The notes below the pieces were generated by a model. It saw only the letters and a list, made by a program, of their open reading frames with translations. It was not told where the DNA came from and did not search any database. From NCBI RefSeq assembly GCF_029168335.1, contig NZ_JARGYC010000040.1:3605-35604 (forward strand): a stretch of DNA of 32,000 nt, in the 5' to 3' direction. Below, piece by piece: positions 22,128 through 30,905 of the stretch. The translations under genes and the position numbers were made by a program. This DNA comes from Psychromarinibacter sediminicola. Lineage in GTDB: Bacteria; Pseudomonadota; Alphaproteobacteria; Rhodobacterales; Rhodobacteraceae. Positions within the stretch are counted from its first letter, which is position 1. Each line of letters opens with the position of its first letter.

Positions 22128-22493
22128 ATGGACACCGCAATCGAGATCAGACGCTTCGACGCCCCCGACGAGTCGCTCGACATGAAGGAGCGCGGCGGCA
22201 TCGACATCGTGAAGCTGTCCGGCGGCGCCAGCGGCATGCATGCCGTCTTCGAACCCGGCTGGACCTGGGAGGCCGACGAGAAGCCGCTCCTCGGCTCGCC
22301 CGACTCCTGCCCGATGCGGCATATCGGCTACTGCCTCTCCGGCCGGCTGGTCGTGCGCATGGTCGACACCGGGGCCGAGACGCCGATCACCCCGGGCGAC
22401 TTCTTCGAGATCCCGCCCGGCCACGACGCCTATGTCGACGGGGCCGAGCGAGTGGAACTCGTGCTGTTCGAGCCGCCGGAACACGCCCACTGA
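22128..22493 (+). CDS. Cupin domain protein
   Basis: 121 aa with the SD AAGGAGGG. It has the cupin-like strands ..RHIGYCLSGRLVVRMVDTGAETPITPGDFFEIPPGHDAYV.. Confidence 0.75.
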   Translation: MDTAIEIRRFDAPDESLDMKERGGIDIVKLSGGASGMHAVFEPGWTWEADEKPLLGSPDSCPMRHIGYCLSGRLVVRMVDTGAETPITPGDFFEIPPGHDAYVDGAERVELVLFEPPEHAH

Positions 22494-22499
22494 GCGCCC

Positions 22500-22540
22500 G
22501 CCGCCGGCGCGGGGCGCGCGCGCCCCCGGCCGCCGGCGGC
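22500..22540. terminator. GC-rich stem-loop between convergent genes (possible bidirectional terminator, no U-tract)
   Basis: GCCGCCGGCG (22500-22509) pairs with CGCCGGCGGC (22531-22540). The intervening sequence is itself partly self-complementary. Confidence 0.3.
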
Positions 22541-22549
22541 CCGCCCGCG

Positions 22550-22942
22550 TCAGGTCAGCGCCCGCGTGATCGCCACGCCCGCCGTGGCGGCCACGGTCGT
22601 CAGCACCGTGCCCCAGGCGACATCGGCCGCCACCATGGTCCAGTGCCACGGCCGCAGCGTCGCGAGGTTTGTGAACTCGTAGGTGCCGTAGGCCACCGCT
22701 CCGAACAGCGCCGCGTTCACGATCAGCGGCACAAAGCTGCGCCCCGGCAGCGCCGGCAGGCTGACGAGCCAGACGAGAACGGCGACATAGAACAGATAGA
22801 AGATCGCCGCCGGCAGCAGGCGGAACGCCAGAAGATCCCCCACATGCCGCTCGAACAGCGGGCGGATCATCAGCGTCAGCCCGATCGCGTCCAGCACCAG
22901 AAAGATCGCCGCCGTGGACAGGTACAGGATGAGAATGGACAT
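22550..22942 (-). CDS. DUF2177-like small membrane protein
   Basis: Track ORF 22550..23008 trimmed to ATG 22942 (MSILILYLSTAAIFLVLDAIGLTLMIRPLF..YGTYEFTNLATLRPWHWTMVAADVAWGTVLT..), giving 130 aa and 4 TM helices. Confidence 0.55.
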   Translation of the reverse strand: MSILILYLSTAAIFLVLDAIGLTLMIRPLFERHVGDLLAFRLLPAAIFYLFYVAVLVWLVSLPALPGRSFVPLIVNAALFGAVAYGTYEFTNLATLRPWHWTMVAADVAWGTVLTTVAATAGVAITRALT

Positions 22943-23011
22943 GCGTGCTCCGCCGGTTGCTTGCCTTACCGAACGGTTACGGTGCCGGGCGGGGTCCGGA
23001 TCAGGCACGCC

Positions 23012-23998
23012 TCACAAGACCAGCAGCGACACGGCGAGGAAATAGATCGCCAGGCTCGCCGCGTCCTGGATCACCGTGCAGACCGGCCCCGACCCCAGCG
23101 CCGGGTCCGAGCCCAGGCGGTCGAACGCCCAGGGCAGCCCGAAGCCCACCACCGCCGAGACCGCCCCGCCGCCCAGCACCGCCAGCGCCACGGCCAGCGC
23201 CAGGGGCCCGTCGCCGAACACGGCCAGCACGCCCCCGGCCGCCAGCACGCCCAGCGCCAGCCCGATGGCCAGCCCGATCGCCAGTTCGTCCCGCAGCAGC
23301 CGCCGGATCGGCACCGCCCCGGTCGCCAGCGCCCGGACCGAGACCGACACCGCCTGCGTCCCAATGGCCCCCGCGATATAGACCAGCGCCGGTACGAAGA
23401 AGGCGACCGAGACATTGGCGTCCAGCGCATGCTCGAACCCGACCATCACCAGCGTGACCAGCGACGAGGCCACCAGCCCGAAGACCAGCCACGGCAGCCG
23501 CCGCCGGACCCGGTCCAGGATCGGGGCGTCCAGCGCGGCCCCCGGCCCTTCGGCATGCGTGCCGATCCCGGCCAGTCGCTGCAGATCCTCCATGTGCTCG
23601 TCGCGCAGGATGCGGAACAGCGCCTCGGGCGGGACGGCGCCGATCAGCCGGCCCTCGGCGTCCACCACCGGCACCGCGATCATCCCCAGCCGGATCGCCA
23701 GCGCCGCGATCTCCTCCTGGTCGTCGTCGGCGCGAACCGCCTCGTGCTCCGGCTCCATGATCTCGCCGATCCGCTCGGCGGTGGCCGCGAACAGGTCGTT
23801 GATCCGCACGATGCCTTCCAGATGCCCGTCCGCGTCCACCACGAAGACGGTATCGGCCGACCGGAACGCCTGGCCGCGCAGGTCGGCGATGACGTCCTCG
23901 ACCGGCGTGCCGGGCCGCGCGGTGGGCACGCTGGTCAGCATATGCGCGGCGGCGGCCTCGCGGGTATAGGCATGGGTGACGGAAAGCGTGTCGGGCAT
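23012..23998 (-). CDS. MgtE-family divalent cation transporter, short form (CBS pair plus MgtE TM domain; no MgtE N-domain)
   Basis: 328 aa. It has a CBS pair (..TVFVVDADGHLEGIVRINDL.. and ..IAVPVVDAEGRLIGAVP..) followed by the MgtE-type TM region ..LPWLVFGLVASSL..AFFVPALVYIAGAIGTQAVSV.. ..GSGPVCTVIQDAASLAIYF.. Confidence 0.8.
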   Translation of the reverse strand: MPDTLSVTHAYTREAAAAHMLTSVPTARPGTPVEDVIADLRGQAFRSADTVFVVDADGHLEGIVRINDLFAATAERIGEIMEPEHEAVRADDDQEEIAALAIRLGMIAVPVVDAEGRLIGAVPPEALFRILRDEHMEDLQRLAGIGTHAEGPGAALDAPILDRVRRRLPWLVFGLVASSLVTLVMVGFEHALDANVSVAFFVPALVYIAGAIGTQAVSVSVRALATGAVPIRRLLRDELAIGLAIGLALGVLAAGGVLAVFGDGPLALAVALAVLGGGAVSAVVGFGLPWAFDRLGSDPALGSGPVCTVIQDAASLAIYFLAVSLLVL

Positions 23999-24087
23999 CG
24001 CCGGCTCCGGAATTGCGGTGTCGGCGGGATGCTAGAGCAAGTCGCCGGGATGTGGGAGCCCGCAGGACACGTCGCCGCGCTGCCCCG

Positions 24088-25368
24088 CTACAGCTCGCGG
24101 AACCGCTTCTCCTGCCGCGGCGTCCAGCGGACGTGCAGGTCGAAGCCGTCCTCCACCTGCTCCTCGCGCTCGATGACGCCCTCCTCGTGCAGCCACGCCC
24201 GCCGGCGGCCGTCGGCGAAGTCGAGATGCAGGTCGCGCTCCACCTTCGGCTCCTCCAGCGCCTGCGACACCGCGTCGAACAGCGCGTCCAGCCCCTCGCC
24301 CGTCCAGGCGGACACGGCATGCACCCCCGCGTGCCGCGCCGCCAGCGCCTCCAGCGTGGCGCGGCGCTCGGGCGTCAGCTGGTCGATCTTGTTCCAGACC
24401 TCGATCATCGGCGTCTCCTCGGCGACGCCCAGATCGTGCAGGATCGCCTCGACATCCTCCGCCTGCCCGTCCGATTCCGGATGCGCGATGTCGCGCACGT
24501 GCAGGATCAGGTCCGCCTCCAGCACCTCTTCCAGCGTGGCGCGGAAGGCGGCGACAAGCTGCGTGGGCAGGTCGCTGATGAAGCCCACCGTGTCCGACAG
24601 GATCACCTCGCGGCCCGAGGGCAGCGTGACGCCCCGCATCGTCGGGTCCAGCGTGGCGAAGAGCATGTCCTTCGCCATCACCTCGGCGCCGGTCATCCGG
24701 TTGAACAGCGTCGACTTGCCGGCATTGGTATAGCCCACCAGCGCCACCACCGGGAACGGCACCTTGCGCCGCGACGCCCGGTGCAGCTCGCGCGTGCGGA
24801 CCACCTTGTCCAGCTGCCGGCGCAGCCGCACGAGCTGTTCGTCGATGGCGCGGCGGTCCGCCTCGATCTGCGTCTCGCCCGGGCCGCCGACGAAGCCCAG
24901 CGCGCCGCGCTGCCGCTCCAGGTGGGTCCAGGCCCGGACCAGCCGGGTGCGCTGATAGGACAGCGCCGCCATCTCCACCTGCAGCACGCCCTCGCGCGTG
25001 CGCGCCCGGTCGCTGAAGATCTCCAGGATCAGCCCCGTGCGGTCGAGGATCTTGACCTTCCAGGCCTTTTCGAGGTTGCGCTGCTGCACCGGGCTGACCG
25101 GCCCGTCGACCAGCACCAGCTCGACCTCGGCCTCCTTCAGCCGCGCCGCCAGCTCCTCGACCTTGCCGGAGCCGAACAGCATCCCCGGATGCGCCTTCGG
25201 CAGCCGCACGATCTCCGAGCCGACGACCTCCAGCCCCGGCAGCGCGGCGGCGAGCGCCACGGCCTCCTCCAGCGCCGGCCCGGGCGCGCGTCCGTCGCGG
25301 TCCGTCTGGATGTCCGGGTGCAGGACCCAGGCGCGGGTGACGTCGGGTGTGGCGCCCTCGCCCGTCAC
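24088..25368 (-). CDS. hflX: GTPase HflX
   Basis: 426 aa from a GTG start. It has the G1 motif GYTNAGKSTLFN and DTVGF, and sits immediately downstream of hfq. Confidence 0.95.
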   Translation of the reverse strand: MTGEGATPDVTRAWVLHPDIQTDRDGRAPGPALEEAVALAAALPGLEVVGSEIVRLPKAHPGMLFGSGKVEELAARLKEAEVELVLVDGPVSPVQQRNLEKAWKVKILDRTGLILEIFSDRARTREGVLQVEMAALSYQRTRLVRAWTHLERQRGALGFVGGPGETQIEADRRAIDEQLVRLRRQLDKVVRTRELHRASRRKVPFPVVALVGYTNAGKSTLFNRMTGAEVMAKDMLFATLDPTMRGVTLPSGREVILSDTVGFISDLPTQLVAAFRATLEEVLEADLILHVRDIAHPESDGQAEDVEAILHDLGVAEETPMIEVWNKIDQLTPERRATLEALAARHAGVHAVSAWTGEGLDALFDAVSQALEEPKVERDLHLDFADGRRRAWLHEEGVIEREEQVEDGFDLHVRWTPRQEKRFREL

Positions 25369-25371
25369 GCC

Positions 25372-25605
25372 CTAGTCGTCACCGTCATACAGGTTGATCG
25401 GCTGCGACGGCATGATCGTCGAGATCGCGTGCTTGTAGACAAGCTGCGACTGGCCGTCGCGCCGCAGCAGCACGCAGAAATTGTCGAACCAGGTGATCAC
25501 ACCCTGAAGCTTCACGCCGTTGATCAGAAAAATCGTCACCGAGACTTTCGTCTTCCGGACATGGTTCAGAAATGCGTCCTGCAAATTCTGCTTGTCGGCA
25601 GCCAT
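25372..25605 (-). CDS. hfq: RNA chaperone Hfq
   Basis: [66 protein letters not shown].. This is the canonical Sm1/Sm2 sequence. Confidence 0.97.
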   Translation of the reverse strand: MAADKQNLQDAFLNHVRKTKVSVTIFLINGVKLQGVITWFDNFCVLLRRDGQSQLVYKHAISTIMPSQPINLYDGDD

Positions 25606-25812
25606 GGTTTCTTGCCCTTTTTAGCTCTGCCGCGGTCTGTCCCGCTTTTCACTGGGCCGGAGTATGAACGCGAACATAACAGGATTCCAGCCCCAAAACG
25701 CGGGCCCCGCCGATTGAAAAACGGGCGAAATCTCAAAGCGATGCGCCGTTAACATCGTTAAGAAACCACATGGCGAATCGCCGCGCCGCGCCGCCGGGCC
25801 GGGGGCGCCGGC

Positions 25813-27330
25813 CTAGCCGCGCCAGAACTCGGGGTTCAGAAGCGCCACGATCACCAGCGTCTCCAGCCGCCCCAGCACCATGCTCGCCATCAGGATCCAC
25901 TTCGCCGGATCGGTCAGCAGGGCATAGCGGATCGGCTCCGCCTCGGCGATGCCCGCCAGGGGCCCGGTATTCGACAGCGCCGCGATGGTCAGCACCGTGG
26001 CGGTGTCGAAATCCAGCCCCGTCAGCGACAGCGCCAGCATGACGCCCGCGATGGAGATCGCGAACAGCATGAAGAAGATCCACGCGATATAGGCCCCCCG
26101 CGTCCGCAGATGCCGCGCGAAGCCGCCCTCGCCGCCGATCGAATGCGGATGCACCAGCCGGTCCAGCTCGCGTATTCCGTGCTTGTAGAGCGCATAGCAC
26201 CGCAAGAGCTTCACGCCCCCCGCCGTCGTCGCCACCCCGCCGCCGACCAGCGCCAGCCCCATCAGGATCAGCCCCGGCGTCTTCAGCCCCGACCAGGCCT
26301 GCGCCGCGGCCCAGTCGGCGCTTTCGAACCCGGTGGTCGACAGGAAGGACAGCACCGTGAACACGCTGCCCCACAGCGCCCGCACCCCCTGCAGAAAGGC
26401 GCTGCCCGCCTCGACCTCGAAGGCGCCCCACCAGTGCCGCAGGAAGATGAACAGCGGCACCAGCACCGCCAGCCCCGCGCCCATCCGAAGCTCCGGATCG
26501 CGCAGCAGCCGGCGGCGGCGGCGCACGTTGCCCTCGCGCTCGAAGGTCCGCCGCGACAGGGCGAAGCCGAAGAACAGAAAGATCAGCAGCTCGCCGCCGA
26601 AGCCCGACGCCGCCCCGGTCGTCCCGCCCACCGGGGAAATGCCGCTGGTCGCCAGGGTCGACATCGCGTGGCTGGCCGCCACCAGCGGCGCGTCGCCCAT
26701 CACCAGAAGCCCCACCCACAGCGCCAGCGTCAGCGCCGTATAGATCGGCAGCAGCGCCACCGCATAGCGCCTGAGCCGCATCTGCGGGTCGGCCACCTCG
26801 GTGATCTGCGGGATCGCGCCCGCCGCGCTGTCGCCCCGCTCGCCCAGCACCTCGAAGCCGCCGAGGTTCAGCGGCGCCATGATCGCGACCGCCGTGACCC
26901 AGACCAGGAATCCGCCCATCCAGCCGACCAGCGCCCGCCACAGATGCGCCGCCCCCGACAGCCGCCCGGGGTCGTCATAGACGGTGGCGCCGGTCGTGGT
27001 CAGCGACGAGACCATCTCGAAATAGGCGTTCAGGAACCGCGTGTCGCCCACCGAGTCCCACAGCGGCACCGCCAGCACCGCCGGCAGCAGCACATAGGCC
27101 CCGAGCAGCGCCAGAAGGTGGCTGCGCGCCTGCCGCCGCGGCTCGTAGTTGGCAACGGCCACGCCGATCATCGCCGCCAGCGCCAGCCCGATCAGCGCCG
27201 AGAACAGGAACGCCTGCGCATCCGCCCAGTCCTCGGCCGCCGCCGCATAGGCCGCGGGCAGCAACATAGACGCCGCCCCGATCCCGGTCAGCAGCACGAT
27301 CAGCGGCAGGCCGAGGATGCGCGCCCACAT
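25813..27330 (-). CDS. trkH: TrkH-family K+ uptake membrane subunit
   Basis: Track ORF 25813..28767 (984 aa) is an out-of-frame read-through of trkA, trimmed to ATG 27330 (MWARILGLPLIVLLTGIGAAS..), giving 505 aa. The repeated pore-loop motifs are ..SSLTTTGATV.., ..STLATSGISP.., ..LSTTGFES.., ..ALSNTGP.. The start overlaps the trkA stop (TGATG). Confidence 0.9.
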   Translation of the reverse strand: MWARILGLPLIVLLTGIGAASMLLPAAYAAAAEDWADAQAFLFSALIGLALAAMIGVAVANYEPRRQARSHLLALLGAYVLLPAVLAVPLWDSVGDTRFLNAYFEMVSSLTTTGATVYDDPGRLSGAAHLWRALVGWMGGFLVWVTAVAIMAPLNLGGFEVLGERGDSAAGAIPQITEVADPQMRLRRYAVALLPIYTALTLALWVGLLVMGDAPLVAASHAMSTLATSGISPVGGTTGAASGFGGELLIFLFFGFALSRRTFEREGNVRRRRRLLRDPELRMGAGLAVLVPLFIFLRHWWGAFEVEAGSAFLQGVRALWGSVFTVLSFLSTTGFESADWAAAQAWSGLKTPGLILMGLALVGGGVATTAGGVKLLRCYALYKHGIRELDRLVHPHSIGGEGGFARHLRTRGAYIAWIFFMLFAISIAGVMLALSLTGLDFDTATVLTIAALSNTGPLAGIAEAEPIRYALLTDPAKWILMASMVLGRLETLVIVALLNPEFWRG

Positions 27331-28706
27331 CAGAAGAAGTCGATCGAGACCTGCAGGAGCCGCTCGACCTCCGGCACCTCGGCGGCCATCGAGAAGATCG
27401 CGATCACGTCGCCCTCCTCGATCCGCATCCGCCCCGTGGGGCGCAGCACCTGGTCGCCCTTCATGACGGCGCCGACCAGCACGCCCTCGGGGAAGTCGAT
27501 GTCGCGCAGCGCCCGGCCGGCGATGGGCGAGGTCGACAGCACCTGCGCCTCGATCACCTCGGCCTCGGCGTCGCCGATGGAATAGACGCCGCGCACCCGC
27601 CCGTGCCGGATGTGGCGCAGGATCGAGGAGACGGTCGTCGTCCGCGGGTTGATATGCGCGTCGATGTTCAGCGGCGCCATCAGCGAGGTCAGCGAGGGGT
27701 CGTTGATCAGGCAGATCGCCAGCTTGGCGCCCGCCGCCTTGCCGCGCACGCAGGCCAGGATGTTGGTCTTGTCGTCGTCGGTGACCGCCAGGATCGCGTC
27801 GGCGCGGCGCACGTTCGCCTCTTCCAGAAGCTCCATGTTCAGACCGTCGCCGTTCAGCACGATGGTCCGTTCCAGCGCGTCCGCCGCCTGTTCGGCGGTG
27901 CGGCGGTCCTTCTCGATCACCTTCATGCGCACCCGCTCGGTGCGTTTCTCCAGCGCCCGCGCCACGGCCAGCCCGACATTGCCGCCGCCCACGACCACGG
28001 CGCGCTCGGCGCGGCTGATCTCCTTGCCGAAGATCTCCAGCGCGCGGTTGGCGTCGTCCTTGTGGGCGAAGACATAGACCTCGTCGCGCGGGAACAGCTG
28101 GTCGGCCGGGTCCGGCGCGAACAGCCGGCCGCCGCGGCGCACGCCCACGACGATGGCCCGCAGGGTCGAGAACAGGTCGCTGAGCTGCCTCAGCGGCGTG
28201 TGGACCACCGGGCAGTCGTCGTCCAGCGTGATCCCCATCAGCTGCGCCCGCCCGCCCAGGAAGCTCTCGGTGTCGAAGGCGGCGGGGTGCTTCAGCCGCC
28301 TCAGCGCCGCGTCGGCCACCTCGCGCTCGGGCGAGATCACCACGTCGATCGGCATGTGCTCGCGCCGGTAGAGATCCGAATAGATCGCGTTCAGATAGGA
28401 CTGGCTGCGCAGCCGCGCGATCTTCTTGGGCACGCTGAAGACCGAATGCGCCACCTGGCAGGTCACCATGTTGACCTCGTCGGAATAGGTCGCGGCGATC
28501 ACCATGTCGGCGTCGCGCGCGCCGGCGCGGTCCAGCACGTCGGGGTAGCTGGCGAAGCCCGCGATGCCCTGCACGTCCAGCGTGTCGGTCGCCCGGCGCA
28601 CGAGGTCGGGGTTGTTGTCCACGACGGTGACATCGTTCTTCTCGCCCGAGAGGTGCCGCGCGATCTGCCAGCCGACCTGGCCCGCGCCACAGATGATGAC
28701 CTTCAT
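27330..28706 (-). CDS. trkA: Trk system K+ uptake protein TrkA (tandem RCK/NAD-binding domains)
   Basis: 458 aa. The first Rossmann motif is MKVIICGAGQVGWQIARHL and the second is VVVGGGNVGLAVARAL. Confidence 0.95.
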   Translation of the reverse strand: MKVIICGAGQVGWQIARHLSGEKNDVTVVDNNPDLVRRATDTLDVQGIAGFASYPDVLDRAGARDADMVIAATYSDEVNMVTCQVAHSVFSVPKKIARLRSQSYLNAIYSDLYRREHMPIDVVISPEREVADAALRRLKHPAAFDTESFLGGRAQLMGITLDDDCPVVHTPLRQLSDLFSTLRAIVVGVRRGGRLFAPDPADQLFPRDEVYVFAHKDDANRALEIFGKEISRAERAVVVGGGNVGLAVARALEKRTERVRMKVIEKDRRTAEQAADALERTIVLNGDGLNMELLEEANVRRADAILAVTDDDKTNILACVRGKAAGAKLAICLINDPSLTSLMAPLNIDAHINPRTTTVSSILRHIRHGRVRGVYSIGDAEAEVIEAQVLSTSPIAGRALRDIDFPEGVLVGAVMKGDQVLRPTGRMRIEEGDVIAIFSMAAEVPEVERLLQVSIDFF

Positions 28707-28804
28707 GCGCCCGTCGCTCTGTTCGTGCCCCGCACTTACCGATGGCAGAAGCGGCGGGAAGGGTCAATCTGCGGCGGCGGCACGCCCGCCTGCGGGCGAC
28801 AGGC

Positions 28805-29344
28805 TCACAGCCACCAGAAGATCAGCGGCACCGGCGCCACCGCGACCACCACGGTCAGCGCATAGCCCGGAAAGCCGTAGACGCCCGACAGCCCCGCGGC
28901 GAAGGCCAGCCCGCCGCCGCCGCCCAGAAGCGTGTTGCCCGGCATGTTGATCAGCAGCGCGAGAAGCACGTGGCGGTTCCGCACCAGCCGCCCGAAGACC
29001 GGCGGCAGGCGCCCGGCCAGCCGGGCCGCCCGTTCCTCCTGCGGCATCCCGGCCAGCTCGCAGACCAGCTCGGCCGCCCGGCGCAGCCGCATCCAGCGCA
29101 GCGCCCGGCACAGCCGGTCCGGCGGCACCAGCCGCCCCGCGCCATAGGACAAAAGCAGCGCGCCGACCATCCCCGCATAGACCACCGGCGCCGCCGCGCC
29201 CCCGAACATCAGCAACAGCGCCAGCCCGATCTCCGCCCCGGGCACGAACGGGATCGCGGCGGTCAGGACATAGAGCGCCACGGCCCCGGTGACGAAGCCG
29301 CGCATCGCCGGGTCGCTCATCGGGCGGATCTCGGGGGCGGCCAC
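28805..29344 (-). CDS. Hypothetical polytopic membrane protein (start uncertain; see finding)
   Basis: 179 aa from GTG 29344, with TM-rich sequence (..FVTGAVALYVLTAAIPFVPGAEIGLALLLMFGG.., ..LLALLINMPGNTLLGGGGGLAFAAGL..). I recognise no family. The same frame stays open and coding-like for 47 more codons upstream (to 29485) without ATG, GTG or TTG. Confidence 0.5.
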   Translation of the reverse strand: MAAPEIRPMSDPAMRGFVTGAVALYVLTAAIPFVPGAEIGLALLLMFGGAAAPVVYAGMVGALLLSYGAGRLVPPDRLCRALRWMRLRRAAELVCELAGMPQEERAARLAGRLPPVFGRLVRNRHVLLALLINMPGNTLLGGGGGLAFAAGLSGVYGFPGYALTVVVAVAPVPLIFWWL

Positions 29345-29535
29345 GCGCAGGAACGAGTTGCCCAGCCACCAGCCCGCGCCCAGCAGGAGCGCGTAGACGA
29401 GGACCGCGCGGCGGGCCTCCCAGAGACGTGTCAGGACGTTGCGCAGCGCGGCCTCTCTCGCGGCGGTCGGGGCGCGGGCCGCCCGTCACGCCTCGGTCCG
29501 GTGCCGCGCGTGGGGGGCCGCCCGCTCATCCCGGG

Positions 29536-29991
29536 TCAGCCGCAGTCGGAATTGTTCATCTCGTCATCCGGCATCTGGGTGTTGCACAGGATGGCGTCTT
29601 CAAGCGCCGTCTCGGACAGGCTCGCGCCGTCGAAGATCGCGCCGGTCAGGTCGGCCCCGTCGAAGGAGATGTTGCGCAGGATGCTGTCGGAAAAGCTGAC
29701 GCCGCGCAGATCGGCCGAGGCGAAATTGACGTCGGTCAGCCGCGCCTCCTCGAAGATCGCGATCCGCAGGGACGCGCCGGAAAAGTCGCTGCCGGTGATG
29801 GTCGCGCCGGACAGGTCGATCCCGATCAGCCGGCGGCCGGTCAGGTCGGCGCCCTCCAGGGTGCAGCCGCGACAGTCGTCCATCGCCCCGAGCGCCGCGA
29901 TCTCTTCCGCGGTCTGCGCCAGGGCGACCCCCGCGCCGATCGCGGCGGCGGTTGCCGCGGCCGTCAGGGCTGCTGCTGTTCTCGACCTCAT
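29536..29991 (-). CDS. Secreted pentapeptide-repeat protein
   Basis: 151 aa. It has a signal peptide (MRSRTAAALTAAATAAAIGAGVALA|QT) followed by consecutive A(D/N)LxG-type pentapeptides (GADLTGRRLIGIDLSGATITGSDFSGASLR..ADLRGVSFSDSILRNISFDGADLTGAIFDGASL). Confidence 0.85.
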   Translation of the reverse strand: MRSRTAAALTAAATAAAIGAGVALAQTAEEIAALGAMDDCRGCTLEGADLTGRRLIGIDLSGATITGSDFSGASLRIAIFEEARLTDVNFASADLRGVSFSDSILRNISFDGADLTGAIFDGASLSETALEDAILCNTQMPDDEMNNSDCG

Positions 29992-30166
29992 CCTGTGTAT
30001 CTCCGCTGATGTGTGGTGGAAGGATGCCGCAACGCTTCATCCATTCCGCGCCGCCTGTCCAGTCCGCCGTGCATCACGTTTCGGGCAGATGCGCCGGGCC
30101 GCATCCGGGCGGGCGGTGCGGACCCCGTCCAGCCCAGCCTCGTCCGGCTCGGACGGGCCTCGGTCA

Positions 30167-30224
30167 GTTAGCGCTATCTATAACGATTACAAAAGGTTGC
30201 CCCCCTGCCCAACCTTGGACACCC
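30167..30224 (-). promoter_or_regulatory. 58-bp bipartite conserved intergenic element, copy B
   Basis: gttagcgctatctata-N26-ccaaccttggacaccc aligns without gaps to 6566-6623. It lies between the lipoprotein stop (30237) and the pentapeptide-protein start (29991). The repeat is certain; its function is unknown. Confidence 0.45.
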
Positions 30225-30236
30225 TCGGACGCCCGG

Positions 30237-30848
30237 CTACAGCCGCCCGCGCGCCCGCTTGTAGTCGAAGACTTCCCGGCGGGGCCACCAGTCGTATTTT
30301 TCGTCCGCCGCCACCGGCGACCAGAACAGCACCCCCCGGCCCTCGCGCCAGGGGTCCAGCACGATCCCCTCCTCCATCGTCGCCCCCAGGGCCGAGACGA
30401 TGACCGTCGAATGCTCGATCCGGATATTGTCGTGGTTCGCGATGGCCCGGTGCAGGCTCAGGGTCTGCAGCCCTTCCTCGCGCAGCCGCGCCTCCAGGTC
30501 GTCGGCCCAGTCCTTGCACAGGCCGCGGGGCTTGTAGCCCATATTGACCTTCATGTTATGCACCAAAGGCGGGTCCACCGCCCCGTAGCGCGGCGCCAGC
30601 GTGAACAGCGGATACTCCACCGCGATCCGCGCCACCCGCGCCGCCTCGTCGGGGTCCACGTCCGGCCCCAGCGCGGCGATCGCGGCGGTCAGCTCGGCGA
30701 TCTTGGTCTGCTCCTCCGCCCCGCTCGTGGCCACCACCTCGCGCTGGCTGGACGAGGTCACGTCCGGACCGGAGGCCGGCGGCGGCCCGCCGCAGGCGGC
30801 CAGCGCCAGGGCGGCGAGAAGCGAAAGAACGGCGGATCTGACGGTCAT
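30237..30848 (-). CDS. Lipoprotein of unknown function
   Basis: Track ORF 30237..30956 trimmed to ATG 30848 (MTVRSAVLSLLAALALAAC|GG; lipobox LAAC; SD GAGGA), giving 203 aa. I recognise no domain. Confidence 0.65.
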   Translation of the reverse strand: MTVRSAVLSLLAALALAACGGPPPASGPDVTSSSQREVVATSGAEEQTKIAELTAAIAALGPDVDPDEAARVARIAVEYPLFTLAPRYGAVDPPLVHNMKVNMGYKPRGLCKDWADDLEARLREEGLQTLSLHRAIANHDNIRIEHSTVIVSALGATMEEGIVLDPWREGRGVLFWSPVAADEKYDWWPRREVFDYKRARGRL

Positions 30849-30905
30849 GCCGGCATCCTCGGGGATCGGGGCGAACGGATGGCAAAGAGCTACCCCGTCC
30901 CGCGC

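Noticed and set aside
20569-22649. Minus-strand ORFs 20569..21402, 20801..22237, 21421..22113 and 21927..22649, plus the plus ORF 21265..22185
   Set aside because: They are antisense to, or out of frame with, fliG, the TPR protein and the cupin gene, and are Arg/Gly/Ala-rich.
22040-25752. 897-aa (22040..24733), 439-aa (23001..24320) and 579-aa (24013..25752) ORFs
   Set aside because: They run through four independently supported genes (cupin, DUF2177, MgtE-like, hflX) and hfq in the wrong frame or strand. Their composition is extremely Arg/Pro/Gly-rich.
25750-25770. CtrA-box-like TTAACATCGTTAA upstream of hfq
   Set aside because: The TTAA half-sites are separated by 5 nt, not the 7 nt of the CtrA consensus (TTAA-N7-TTAA).
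25813-28767. 984-aa ORF apparently fusing trkA-region sequence to trkH; also 25733..26941 (-), 26110..27585 (+) and 27603..28865 (+)
   Set aside because: The N-terminal 480 aa are the wrong frame of trkA. trkH starts at ATG 27330, overlapping the trkA stop. The others are antisense artefacts.
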